A stretch of 64,000 nucleotides of DNA from Octopus bimaculoides (lineage: Eukaryota): positions 37,926,042 to 37,990,041 of the forward strand of contig NC_068983.1 of assembly GCF_001194135.2 (NCBI RefSeq), read 5' to 3'. The position numbers and the translations under genes were made by a program. The notes under the pieces are model-generated. The model made no database searches. It was not told the DNA's origin and saw only the letters and a program-made list of their open reading frames with translations. This document shows positions 37,289 through 50,369 of the stretch, piece after piece (the stretch's first letter is position 1; each line of letters begins with the position of its first letter).

Positions 37289-37799
37289 CACGATGGGCTT
37301 CTTTCAGTTTCCATCTACCAAATCCACTCACAAAGATTTGGTCAGCACAGGGCTATCGTAGAAAAGTAGAAGACACTTATCCAAAGTTCCATACAGTGGG
37401 ACTGAACCCAGAACCTTGTAATTGAGAAGCAAATTTCTTACTACACAGCCATGCCTAACTTTTGATAACAACCACCTCCTTTTTTTTACAAAATTTTTCT
37501 AAGTTTTGTCTTTATGATTCATAACTTTAATATTTAATATCTAATGGTCAGAATGGCTGAACTGTAACCTTTAGACTAAGACTTAAACGGGTTAGCATGC
37601 TAAAAGGCAGCCTGATGGTTCACATCGGTGAATGTATTTTATGTGCTTTCAATCAATGTAGAAAATATATAATCAACCTAATTATAAACCTAGAGTCAAA
37701 GGTTTTGTTAACCGACTTAACAGCTTTGCTCAGGAGACTGTATTTGTGGTTGGAACTGTTCTAGTGTTAAATATTATATTATGTTTCATTTTTGAATAT

Positions 37800-38500
37800 T
37801 CTACTCTAATAATGGTTTCAAATTTTGGCACAAGGCCAGCAGTTTTTTAGGGGTGGGGTTAAGTTGATTACATTGACCCCTGTGCCCAACTGGTACTTAC
37901 TTTATCGACCTTGAAACGATGAAAGGCAAAGGTGGCTTCAGCAATATTTGAACTCAGGATGTAAAGAACTGGAAGAAATGCTACTGAGCATTTTGTCCAA
38001 TACACCAACAATTCTGCCAGCTTGTTGCCTTATTGTATTCTAATAATCCTTTCTACTAAAGGCACAAGGCCTGAAATTTTGTGGGAGGGTACTAGTTGAT
38101 TACATCAACCACAGCATTTCATTGGTACTTAATTTATCAACTCTGAAAGGATGAAAGGCAAAGTCGACCTTGGTAGAATTTGAACTCAGAACATAAAGAC
38201 GGATAAAATGCTGCTATGCATTTTGCTTGGGACACTAACAATTCTTATTTCTTTGCTGCCCACAAGGAGCTACACGCAGAGGGGACAAACAAGGACAGAC
38301 AAACGGATTAAGTCGATTATATCGAACCCAGTGCATAACTGGTACTTATTTAATCGACCCCGAAAGGATGAAAGGCAAAGTCGACCTCAGCGGAATTTGA
38401 ACTCAATGTAGTGGCAGATGAAATACCGCTAAACATTTTGCCTGGCGTACTAACGATTCTGCCAACTCGCCTGGGGCACTAATGATTCTGCCAGCTCGTC
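37800..38500 (-). mobile_element. Three tandem SINE B copies
   Basis: Reverse complements of 52299-52534. Confidence 0.85.
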
Positions 38501-38857
38501 ACCTTATTGTATTCTAAAAATAAATATTATATTGTGTGTTCAGATCAGTGTTGGAAGTATAAAAAGTAAATTTCTTAAAGACCCTATTGTTTGGTTTAGT
38601 TTCATAGCTTGAAATGCATAATTGATATTTTGTTTCCTGGATAAGTTATTAGTTTATCACTGGTTAACACCCCACTTTGATCTGGTGCCTATTTCCAACG
38701 GCTACAGCTAATATTTTTTGTAGCCCTTAAAGATAAGTAATAAGGTCTAGTTTCCTGGGGTTTTTTTTTATCTTATATATTTTACTTGTTTCAGTCATTG
38801 AACTGAGGCCATGCTGGGGCACTGCCTTGAAGGACTTTAGCTGAACAGATGAATCCC

Positions 38858-39118
38858 AATTCTGTTTTCATACAATTGTATACAACAAAGCGTTGCTTCA
38901 CACATTCTTGTTTTGGGAGACAAAAGTTAGGCAAAACATGAAAGCACTGACTTAGAAACCAATAGTAAACACATTAAAATCTATTTAAAACAAGGAAAGG
39001 TGTAGAGGGTGTTTAAAGACAAATGGTTTGTGGGCGTAGAAGCTCCCAATCTCATTAGATGCAAGATCTTCCTCTGTGTAATTGTCTAACTCTCCCTTGG
39101 ATAAAGGAAGGCTGTATT
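38858..39118. repeat. Second copy of the 35661-35922 segment, inserted inside a SINE A
   Basis: SINE sequence is interrupted at GAATCCCA and resumes at TTAAGTGTTTGAAGTCTGGTACTT. Confidence 0.9.
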
Positions 39119-39224
39119 TTAAGTGTTTGAAGTCTGGTACTTACTTTCTCAGTGTTTTTTGCTGAACTGCTGAGTTACAAGGATGTAAACAAACCAACAC
39201 TAGTTGTCAAGTGATGTTGACTCA

Positions 39225-39269
<45 letters not shown>

Positions 39270-39477
39270 CAAACTTTCACTCACAAAGCATTGGTTAGCC
39301 TGAGGCTATAGTAGAAGACACTTGTCCAAGGTGCCATGCAGTAGGACTGAACCTGAAACTTCATGGTTGCAAAGTGAGCTTCTTAACCACACAGTCATGC
39401 ACCAGGCTACCAGTATGACCCATCCAGTTGATCTGGTATTCATTTCCCGGAAGTTAGGGGAACTGAGGCAACGTTAT

Positions 39478-39705
39478 TTAATCCTTCAGCGTTTAAACTA
39501 GTCATATCCAGCCCAAACGTTCTTCTTGTTTTCTGTTCAAACCAGCCAGATCTGGCCTCTCACACCTACCCAACAATGTTATTCTAAGAGTAAACAATCA
39601 CACCAGCAAAATTCATAAGCTAAAAGATTATTCATAATTAATTCAAAACAATGTGAATCAATAATTATTACCTTTGACAGAGTAATTTGAATGCTAAAAA
39701 GTTAA
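39478..39705 (-). mobile_element. TTAA-ended MITE family 1
   Basis: Homologous to 21770-21989. Confidence 0.8.
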
Positions 39706-40479
39706 ATTTGTGAAAAGTTCTGTTTAGAAACCAATATTAATGCCAGTTATGGATTAGAACCTATGACCGATAAGAAAGTAGTCCAATACCTTAACCACTT
39801 GACCATTGCAACAGAATTGCGTCTTCTGTTAAGTGGTATCAGCTGCTATAGACATTCTTCTAATGATTGTAAACAGTATAATATTGACTATTTGTTTTGC
39901 TGTGCTTCACATGCATGTGAGATGGGTTTGGCTGGCTGTCTACCTACAGCATCTGAATGTTGAAAGTTTTGCTAATAATTGTGAATAGCTAAAGCAAGTA
40001 TAATTGGAAGAAGTTCTTATAACTGGATTCCTTCCTAATGACAGCCACAGCTGTTGAAGGGGACATTGTTGTTTAAGTCAACAATAGAAAAATGCGAAAC
40101 TTTGGTGAACTGTACAATTCCTTTGTTTAATGATTCTACAGAAAAAACAAAACAACAACAATAAGCAAACAAGTCAAACTAAACAATGGTAAATTGTTTT
40201 AATAACTTCTACCTTTAAAATAACTGGAAGCTCATTGTCTTGACAAGCAGAATCAGACCAACAATAATCTTTTGTATTATTGCTATAATACAATACAGAA
40301 AATACCTGAAGATATTCTCTTGTTTTATGGTTTAGAATACATACAGCGACTGAATAAATTTGGATTACAGGATTAACTTCATACATCTAACTTGTTCCAT
40401 GCATTATTATATATTGGTTTTAATAATAATGATAATTGTCTTAACTGGTACATCACACGTACTTTGAGGAGCATCCATT

Positions 40480-40860
40480 ATCATCATCATCATCATCATC
40501 GTTTAACGTCCATTTTCCATGCTGGCATGAGCTGGACGGTTTGACCGGGGACTGGCAAGCCGGAAGGCTGCACCAGGCTCCAATCTGGTCTGGCAATGTT
40601 TCTACAGCTGGATGCTCTTCCTAACATCAACCACTCCGTGAGTGTAGTGGGTGCTTTTTATCTGTCATCGGCAATGGAGCCAGTCAAGCGGCACTGGCAT
40701 CAGCCACATTCGGATAGTGCTTTTTATGTGCTACTGGCACAGGCATCGGCCACAACTACAATTTCCATTTTTGATTGTGATTTTGATTTTTGATTCTACT
40801 TGACTTAGTATGTCTCCTCAAGCATGGTGTGTCGCCTGACGATTCAAAGGTACTTTTTAA
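40480..40860 (-). mobile_element. RTE-type 3'UTR with (CAT)n tail
   Basis: Homologous to 735-910 and 6560-6700. Confidence 0.85.
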
Positions 40861-41448
40861 ATGGGCTGGTTCTGTGAAGTTTCTTTCCCTTTTTCCCCTT
40901 TATTTTCTTTGTTTACTTTTTTTATATTTTATTTTTTCCTTTTTTTCTGTTATTCTTCCCCTTTTTCTTTATCATATGACTTTGTAAATGAGAAATCTGG
41001 TGTGTTTATTTTAATGCCCTACCAATGTATATAGTGCGTTCCTTTGCCCTAGGTGTCAGGAAGACACTTGGCAAAAAATGGAAACAGAATTGAAAGAAGA
41101 TGATAATGAAAATGATAATAATAATCCAATAATCCTTTCTGTTATGGGCACAGAGTCTGAAATTTTGGGGGAATAGGTAAGTTGATTATATTGACCTCAA
41201 TGCACAACTGTTAGTTATTTCATTGACTCCAAAAGGATGAAAAGCAAAGTGAACCTCTGTGGAATTTGAACTCAGAACATAAAGATGGATAAAATGCCAA
41301 TAAGCATTTTACCTGGTGTGTTAACCATTCTGCCAGCTCGTTTGTTTTCTCTTATGATAATGATATTTTCTGTCATAGGTACCGATATTCTTTCTATTAT
41401 AGGCACATTGATTCTGCCAGTTCTCTACCTTAATAAATAATATTAATG

Positions 41449-41479
<31 letters not shown>

Positions 41480-41481
<2 letters not shown>

Positions 41482-41649
41482 GTCCTGATGCAGAACCAGG
41501 CAGTGGGCTTTCATGGCTTCTCATCTTAAATGATTGGAAGTGTTATCATGTACATTGTTTTGTCTTGCTATAAAAGATGGGCTACAGCAAATATTCTGCT
41601 CAGTACCACAGATTTGCTTATCGGTTGTTTGTCCTTAACCAGTCAAGCA
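41480..41649 (+). mobile_element. 5' part of family D element after (AAT)n
   Basis: Matches 3637-3810 and starts at the same position. Confidence 0.8.
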
Positions 41650-41913
41650 TGGAATCGAACTTGGAATCTTGGAGTTAGTAGCCCCTGCTCTTAACCACTG
41701 GTGGGACTTTTTCTCGGAATAAATTATTTCATTAGAGAATAGTTATTAAATATCTGAAATAATATTTGGTTAAACGGTTTGTATTTTTGTTTTGATATAA
41801 TATAATATTTTTATTGTTGTATAGTAAGTTGCATAGATTTGAAATAATGTCCAGCAAACAGAGTCTACAACTTGATTACAATTCATAGAAAAATAATTTC
41901 ACATTACATATAA

Positions 41914-42073
41914 GTGCAGGTGTGGCTGTGTGGTAAGAAGCTTGCTTCTTAACTACATGGTTCTGGGTTCAGTCCCACTGTGTGACACCTTGGGCAAGTG
42001 TCTTCTACTTTAACCTCAGGCCGACCAAAGCCTTGTGAGTGGATTTGGTAGACAGAAGCTGAAAGAACCCTGT

Positions 42074-42151
<78 letters not shown>

Positions 42152-42341
42152 TGCATATATATATATATATATATATGTATAGGCACAGGTGTGGCTGTGT
42201 GGTAGAAGCTTGCTTCCCAACCACATGGTTCTGGGTTCAGTCCCACTGCGTGGCACCTTGGGCAAGTGTCTTCTACTATAACCTCGGGCCAACCAAAGCT
42301 TTGTGAGTGCATTTGATAAACAGAAACTTAAAGAAGCCTGT

Positions 42342-42381
<40 letters not shown>

Positions 42382-42525
42382 TGTGTGAGTTTACATCCCC
42401 TGTAATCCAGCAGTTCAGCAAAAGAGACTGAGAAAATAAATATTAGATTTTTCTACTAAAAACGTTTCAAGGCGGTACCCCAGCATGGCCACAGTCTAAT
42501 GACTGAAACAAGTGAAGGATAAAAA
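41914..42525 (+). mobile_element. Tandem SINE A heads with shared tail
   Basis: Two heads at 41914 and 42183 separated by (TA/CA)n. Confidence 0.88.
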
Positions 42526-42808
42526 GTATTATTGGATTATCCAATATAGTTTTAAATGTGATCTTTCTAAAATAATAGAGTTGATTTAAGAGAAATTTGG
42601 TTGCTATTTCTAGCTGGTCAAATGATCACATAGAAACTCCTTTGTTGTCTCTTTGTCTTGTGATGCCATTGAATCAGAGTCATAGCTTGAACAGTTTGGT
42701 TAAAGAAACCTATGAGACTTGAGAATGACAGAAGTTTATTTCAAACTAAGATCTCCAGTCTTACTGAAAACATTTCAAGAATGAAGTTGGAGGACTGTTG
42801 GAGTAGTT

Positions 42809-42845
42809 CTCGCGATAGCTCAGTTGGTAGAGCGGAGGACTGGAG
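42809..42845 (+). pseudogene. 5' half of a tRNA-Tyr-like gene (retro-copied fragment, anticodon reads GGA)
   Basis: CTCGCGA-TA-GCTC-AGTTGGTA-GAGC-G-GAGGA-CT-GGA-G matches eukaryotic tRNA-Tyr(GTA) positions 1-37 (..CGATAGCTCAGTTGGTAGAGCGGAGGACTGTAG); no T-arm follows. Confidence 0.85.
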
Positions 42846-43492
42846 TAAGTCATTATCAGCTGGAGGACTGTTGGAGGACCAAGAACTAAGTTGAGGACTG
42901 TTTTGTGCTTCCATATCTACCTTGGCAGGATTTCTATGACTGGATGCCTTTCTTACTATCAACCTCTTTACAATGTTTGCTGGATGCTACATTTCCATGG
43001 TACCAGCTCTAGTGAGGTTGCTGTGCAGCTTGCAAGACCAAAATACCCTTTGATGAGGGGTTGGGGTGAAGGCTGCTTTATGCTAGGTGATGAGTGGTCA
43101 AATTATGAATGACTGAAAAGGCCTCTGGAAAGTGAGGTTTCTTACTATAGAGGAAATACATAGCTATTGTCATTATACAAGATTGGGTAAGAGTAATGAG
43201 AAAGAATGATAAAGATTGCAGTGATTAGGTGTCAAGGTGGGCGCTGGGGGACAGAAGAACAAAGAGGGTGGGAGGGTAGAGGTGTGCAAGAGTGTATGGG
43301 GATAGTGAGGGATGGATAGAGAATGGGATAGTGGTGTAGTTGGGCATGGAGGGGTAAATATACTAAATGGTGAATGATTGAGTGGAGTGGTGTGGAGTGG
43401 GGGAGGGCACATTGCTGATGATAAATATGAGTCTGAGGGAAGGCAAAGGAAAGTAGATGATGACAAGCGATTGGCTAAGGCTGAAGGGTGAA

Positions 43493-43609
<117 letters not shown>

Positions 43610-43762
43610 ATTCACATGTATGTATGTGCGTGTGTATAATATGTGCACATATACATACACACATGTACACATACTCGTGTATATATGCATACATACATAT
43701 GATACATAAGTATGATGATGACACATATGTATATACATATAAATATATGTATGTATAAATAA

Positions 43763-43847
<85 letters not shown>

Positions 43848-44682
43848 TATATGTATATTTTCTTCCCTAGGAAATCCAAACCTGAAAACTAGCTATAATT
43901 ATTTCCCTGAGAACCTATATTATCTGCAACAAGCCAACTATATCTGAAACAATACAATATAATTATCCCATGATATCTCTTTGTAGCTAGGATAGAATTT
44001 TGTCCTGTCACTCAGCTTTAATTAGAAATAATGAGGAAAACTGACCTAAGATTTTGGTCTTGTAACCTTCTGCCCTTCGAAATAAATAAATAAATAAAGA
44101 CTTATTAAAATAAAAAACAAAAAGAAATACAAAAACCTTAGGCCTTAGTTCTTCAAGTTTTCAACAGAAAGTTTGCTCTGTAAAGCTGACTTGCTTTTCA
44201 GTTTGTAGAAAGATATGTAGATTGTCCAACTGCTAATGGAACAAAATATTTTGGAATCTGTTCTGGGAGTAACCTTTAAGAATTTATTTGGCCTTAGGGG
44301 TCATGTTGTTTTTGTTGTTGTCACTGTTGATCTTTGGCCCTTGGCATATCATGACTTGTATCCTGATACAGTTTCTTGCTGTGCATGGAATTTAACATAG
44401 CTACAGGAGAGATATGTATACATATGTGTGTATGTAACTGTGAATGTCAATATATATTTGTATATAAGACTGAGTGTGCAAATGCATGTATAAATAAGTT
44501 TGTATATGTACTAGTGTATATATAATTCTATCTCCAGATATGTATTAAATAGCAACTGCTACCATAAAATTTGCATAAATCTAATTAAATTTTGGTATTA
44601 ATATCATCTCATGCTGTGTTGCTTTCAGTTATTTTGGTCATTCATAAAATATCATATTAATCTTGTTAAAATTGATAATTAG

Positions 44683-44857
44683 CAAGGCGGTGAGCTAGCA
44701 GAATTGTTAGCATGCTGGGCAAAATACTTAGTGGCATTTCGTCCACCTTTATGTTCTGAGTTCAAATTCTGCTGAGGTCAACTTTTGCCTTTCATCCTTT
44801 CAGGGTTGATAAAATAAGTACCAATTGAGCACTGGGGTGGATGTAATTGATTTACCC
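44683..44857 (+). mobile_element. SINE B
   Basis: AAGGCGGTGAGCTAGCAGAATTGTTAGC...GAGTTCAAATTCTGC. Confidence 0.85.
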
Positions 44858-45342
44858 CAGGCGTAGAGAAACCCCTGCATGCCTGTTTTATTGTGCCTGC
44901 AGGCTGATATACTCACATGAACAAAATATAGTAAATTTTTCAATCAAAATTTATACAATATTTATACACCTATTTGTTACATAGTCGCATTTCCACTACG
45001 ACTTAGAACGATCAGAAATCGTCTGGTAATTGCCATTTGAATGGAAATTTGTTTTCACTATAAAACACATATTGCTAGGTTTATACCACTCAACTGAGAC
45101 CCAACTACACTTTAGCTGAAAAAAATAGAATATCTCAACGTCCTAAATTCAGTGGCAGCGTTAATGAAGATGTTATGCACTAATTTAATGTGTTAAACTT
45201 ATTTTTTTATTAATGTATATCAAATTATACATTGACATATACAAGATTTACACAAATATAAGAGTTAGAACCTGTAATCTGCCTGCAGACCTTTTTCTTA
45301 GGAAATTTTTGCCTGCCACACTAAAAAGTTACCCCACCCCTA
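44858..45342. mobile_element. hAT-type MITE inserted into SINE B
   Basis: Degenerate TIRs CAGGCGTAGAGAAAC and GTTACCCCACCCCTA; 8-bp TSD ATTTACCC/ATTTACTC (7/8). Confidence 0.7.
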
Positions 45343-45874
45343 ATTTACTCTTTCCTCCAACTTGCTGGATTTGTGTCAAAATTTGAAACCAAGTATTGAT
45401 AGTTAGTAAAGAGTAGCATGTTGTTGTTGAGCCCTCAATCTACCATAGCCATCTCAACTTATTTTTCAGACGTAGTATATCTAGGATTATATCACCCAAT
45501 GCATCTTACCTTATTCAAGATGGTAGGGGATGATTTAGGGTGGATTTTGTTGCTGTTTCTAGCTGGTTGAACAACTATATAGAGGTTTCTGTCTGTAACT
45601 TGAAGACTGGTAATGTGGCAGATGTGGTTGGATGGTTGGAATTAAGTACCTTCTGTTTGCTTTTCTCCCCAGCATCCTGTGTTCAAATCTTGCCAGTACT
45701 ACTGGACTATAGACCAGTAATAAATTGGTGTCAATAATACAAGGACTAGTACAGCACTGGAATTGATTCATTTGATTACATGCCTTTTCTTTCAACTTGA
45801 GTTCAGTCCCACTGTGTGGCACCTTAAACATGTGTCTTCTGCTATAGTCTTGTGAGTGGATTTGGTAGAAGCCC

Positions 45875-45925
<51 letters not shown>

Positions 45926-46832
45926 ATATATGTGTGTGTTTGTTTCTTTATCTTGACATCACATGATAACAAGCATCACCATACAAATGGTATCATTTTG
46001 TTTGCAATCTCATGTGATACCATGTCTGGGCCATGAGGAAATAACATCTTGCTTGGAAACATTTGAGGGACTGAACCCTGAACCATATGGTTGGGAAGCA
46101 AGTTTCTTACTACCCAGCCACGTCTGCATCTATATGCACAAGCATTTTATATATTATCAAATATTTCATAAGTAAAAGAATTTATTCTTTAGGACCCTTT
46201 CAGAATTATATTGTGACCTAATTTGGGTTATGACTCCTGCTGATCTAGGGGGCAAAAATCTTGTCTTCTCTTTAACATGAATTGGAGGTGAACTGGGAAC
46301 AACAACTGTTGGAGTATTCTCTATCATCTCCTCTCTCTTGTTATCCCCTATCACTCCCCATCACTCCTCACATAACTCCCTATCACTCCACATATAAGCC
46401 CCCAACACACTTCATGTAACTCCCTATTATTTTACATATAAAGCCCCCTTACTCTTGTATAACAACCCCGTCATTCTGAGAGAGATGTATGTTTTACCCC
46501 AAAGACCTTCAGTGTTTCTAGTTGAGTGGTTAGCAGTAGGACTGGCATCTAACTGTAAAAATAATTGTCACAACAATATTGAAATATCTATATTCACACT
46601 CACAAAAAACAAAAAAAATCCACTTAGGAATATGGATGCAGATTATAGGCACTTGCATGGCCTGTGGTTAAGAAATTCATTTTACAACCACATGCTTTTG
46701 TGGCGTCTTGGACAATATTAGTTGATGTCACCAATGTCCTATATGGAATTACTTTACAAAATAGATTAAATGATTGCAGCATGGAAGACAGATATTAGCC
46801 ATTCTGAAACATACAGAAACTGTTAATTTTAC

Positions 46833-47035
46833 TTAACCCTTTAACATTCAGATTTCTCTGTCAAATGTATTTATTCTTATTTATTCACATTGTTTTGAAT
46901 TAATCATGCATTTATGTTGTCGCTTTGAGATTTTGATGATGAGATTGTTATCTTTAGAATGACATTGTAGGGTAGGTGTAAGATGCTGGATCTGACCAGT
47001 TCGAATTTAAAATGGGTAAAATATTTTGGCCCATC
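46833..47035 (+). mobile_element. TTAA-ended MITE family 1, 3' end truncated
   Basis: TTAACCCTTTAACATTCAGA start; homologous to 17137. Confidence 0.8.
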
Positions 47036-47291
47036 ATTTGAATCTGCAACCTCATCACTGACAACATTACACTGCATCTGCAGTTTTTGAGTGGCTAACA
47101 TGTTTTCCACACTGCAATCATTTTCGTTTCAACACATGTTATCAGATCAAATCACTTCCCTGGCAAATACACCTCTGTAAATACAAGATTAAGCTATAAT
47201 GGTTTTATTAATTCTCATCAGTTCTCATCAGTAAACTGTGCAACATCCTAAGTGTTGTAAAGCACTTTACAGTACCAGTTTCTTCACTCAC

Positions 47292-47383
47292 ACCTCTGAA
47301 CTCCCTTCCTCAGTCTCGTTTTCCTCTTCAATATGACCTCCAGTCAAAACATAGTCACCTCTTGACTTCTGTCTAGCGTCCAT
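47292..47383 (-). CDS. Candidate early coding exon (MDARQKSRGDYVLTGGHIEEENETEEGSSE)
   Basis: AAAATGG start context, acidic open frame, GT|GTGAGT donor. Confidence 0.3.
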
Positions 47384-47468
47384 TTTATGCTAGAAGCTTT
47401 TATGTTTTCAGTGGTCTAAGGACCTTGTAACGAGTGAATGCTTTAATATATATATATATTAAACAATT

Positions 47469-48120
47469 AATATATATATTAACATAAGAAGCATCAGTAG
47501 TGGTGTGCAAGAGAGACGATTGCGCTGGTTTGGACATGTGGTGAGAATGAATGAGGATAGCTGCGTGAAAAAGTGCCACTCCCTAACAGTTGAGGGAACC
47601 CGTGGAAGAGGTAGACCCAGGAAGACCTGGGCTGAGGTGGTGAGGCAAGACTTTCGAACATTGGGCCTCACCGAGGCGGTGACTACTGACCGAGACCTTT
47701 GGAAATGTGCTGTGCATGAGAAGACCCGGCAAGCCAAGTGAGATCGTTGCCAGGGCCCCTGGACTGGCTCTTGTGCGGGTGGCACATAAGATGTACCATC
47801 TTGAGCGTGACCGTTGCCAGTACTGCCTGACTGGCCTTGTAGGGTTTTCGAGCGAGATCATTGCCAGTGCCCCTGGACTGGTTCTTGTGCGGGTGGCACA
47901 TAAAAGACACCATTTCGAGCGTGGCCGTTTTTGTGCGGGTGACACGTAAAAGCACCCACTACACTCTCTGAGTGGTTGGCGTTAGGAAGGGCATCCAGCT
48001 GTAGAAACTCTGCCAAATTAGATTGGGGCCTGGTGTTGCCATCCGGTTTCACCAGTCCTCAGTCAAATCGTCCAACCCATGCTAGCATGGAAAGCAGACG
48101 TTAAACGATGATGATGATGA
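47469..48120 (+). mobile_element. Young 5'-truncated RTE-clade LINE with TSD
   Basis: ORF2 C-terminus QERRLRWFGHVVRMNEDSCVKKC..GRGRPRKTW..KTRQAK*, 3'UTR, (GAT)n tail, TSD TTAAACAATT at 47459-47468 and 48121-48130. Confidence 0.95.
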
Positions 48121-48379
48121 TTAAACAATTTCAAATCTGGTGATAAGAATTTTTTAAGTTACAACATTATTCCCATGGTCTCTTGCTACTTGCATCAACA
48201 ACATGAGGTCAAGAAAGTCTTGAAATGTTAATGGATCTAAGGGACGCTGGTGCTCCAAACTAAACATAAAAGATTAAAAGGGCAATATGTGCAAGCAAAC
48301 ATTCATAAAATAATAAACTCAAATATTACGTGTGTGTATGTGTGTGTGTGTGTGTACCTGTAGGTATGTTCTCTTCCGT

Positions 48380-48870
48380 TTTTATTCATTTATATTCTTC
48401 CTCTGAGGAAGGAACTGGCTTCTAACAAGAGATACAAAGCTCCATTGTTGGAATGTGGAAAAGGAAAACAATGTCATATTTTAAACTAGAGAAATGTCTT
48501 GCATATTTTAACTTTTCCACTTACAGATTATATTTGTAATGTGTGAGCTGGTTGACTTTTTTTCCAAAAACCCTGGCTTGTCCAGACTGTCAGTTTGGCA
48601 TTTACTCACAAAACTAAGTGCATCAATTATTATTGGTATAAATGTAGGTTTGTAATCTGGATGTAGAAGCTGGAGGTTTCAAAGAAGCTGTTCATAGTTA
48701 TCCTCTTTCTCTTTGATTTTCAGAGAGATATTTCAGCCAGACAGCTGACCTCTGTGCCAATAACATCCTTTTTCTTGTCTGTCCCAAACAACAATATCTG
48801 GCCTGTTATGTTTACAGATCTTTTCAGGGAAACGTTCCACCTGTATTCTTTATGTTGATGTGTGTGTGTA
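48380..48870 (-). mobile_element. RLE-encoding non-LTR retrotransposon 3' end (R4/Dong-like)
   Basis: Frameshifted KHNRPDIVVWDRQEK..EVSC.A.ISLKIKEKEDNYEQLL.NLQLLHPDYK..FIPIII.AL..V...GKVKICKTF, a PD..D/E..K restriction-like endonuclease. Confidence 0.88.
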
Positions 48871-49112
48871 TGTATTAGTGATGGTGACATGTGCAAAGGA
48901 ACATTCATCAGACATTATCATCATCATTTTAATATCCACTTTTCCATGCTTGCATGGATCAGCGAGAGTTTGTTGAAGCAAATGCTCTTCCTGTGACCAA
49001 GCCTCCTCACTCGTTTCCAAGCAAGGTAACATTTCCTCATGATGGGACATGTTTTCATGAAGGATTGGGAGCCACATGTATGATTGACACTTGCTTCATG
49101 TCAAAATGGGAA

Positions 49113-49183
<71 letters not shown>

Positions 49184-49974
49184 TCAAGTTGTTAAATTAA
49201 TCTTAAATTGATGATAATGATGACAACAGTGATGATGGTGGTGGTGGTGGTGGTGGTGATTGGCTGTGTGAAGTATTTAAATGACTCAACCTCATTGAGA
49301 CTGGTTCCCAAAAAGTTTGGTGTTGATGAGGGAGGCTGAAGATGTGTGTGTGTGTGTGTGTGTTGAAGATGGTGGGGGCAATAGTTATTAGAGCTAAGAG
49401 AAACTGGAAATGGGGAGTGTTAGTGGGAGGAAGATGCGGAGGAGGTGGGGGTGTTAGTGAGTGACTATTAAGTCTGACCACTAGAGGAAGTAGTGACACA
49501 AGCACTTCAGAGAACACTGAAGGAATGCAGCCAAAGGATGGAATGTTGGTTGAAGTATCTTCCTTTCCTCCTCTCCTCCCCCACCATCCCATCTCTAACA
49601 CTAAATGGGAAGATGAACAACTGTCTTTTTTGGGAAGTTAACCTTCAACCTTTCCTTTTTACCTAGAAATCCTTGGAAATTTCTGGGGGTCAGTGAGAGT
49701 GGAGCTGGGTGATTTTCAATGTCCTAAGCTGTAGAGTTTGTAGTTACAGTGCAAAGTGGTTAGATTCTGATTACTGTGTGGACTAAAATCTCCACTGCCA
49801 TTATTTTTTTCTAAAGCCAGCAGGATGTGATATAGGATATATTTAGCTGCTATTCTTAGCAAGTCAAGAGACCGCATAATGACATCCTTTTTGGCTGAAG
49901 TTGATATAGGTCAATTTTGATTGTTGTATTTAGCCTATACAGCAATTCTGATTAGCCACATCTATTCTGTTATT

Positions 49975-50162
49975 CTTTTATTTGTTTCAGTCATTTGACT
50001 GTGGCCATGCTGGAGTACCACCTTTAGACAAGCAAATCGACCCCAGGACTTATTCTTTGTAAGCCTAGTACTTATTCTATTGGTCTCTTTTGCTGAATTG
50101 CTGAGGTGTAAACACACCAGCATCAGTTGTTAAATGATGTTGGGGGAACAAACATAGACACA

Positions 50163-50220
<58 letters not shown>
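49975..50220 (-). mobile_element. SINE A 3' part
   Basis: Matches 4130-4310 in reverse. Confidence 0.85.
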
Positions 50221-50234
<14 letters not shown>

Positions 50235-50369
50235 ATACAAAGAATATATATACATGTATACACACATATATGTACATACTTACATCTACATGTGTATATA
50301 TATGCATATCAGGGTACAGGACGTTAGAACAATGAACTACAGACAACGAAACGAACACATAGGAATATA

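Noticed and set aside
41650-41700. Stand-alone tRNA gene on the minus strand
   Set aside because: A- and B-box present but no acceptor stem closure; consistent with a SINE head
47265-47320. Minus-strand CTGAGGA...GAAAC-TG-GTA
   Set aside because: Stem I and stem II do not pair
48536-48845. Plus-strand exons with strong acceptors (RYFSQTADLCANN...) and a C2H2-like YICNV segment
   Set aside because: They are the antisense of the RLE retrotransposon coding relic
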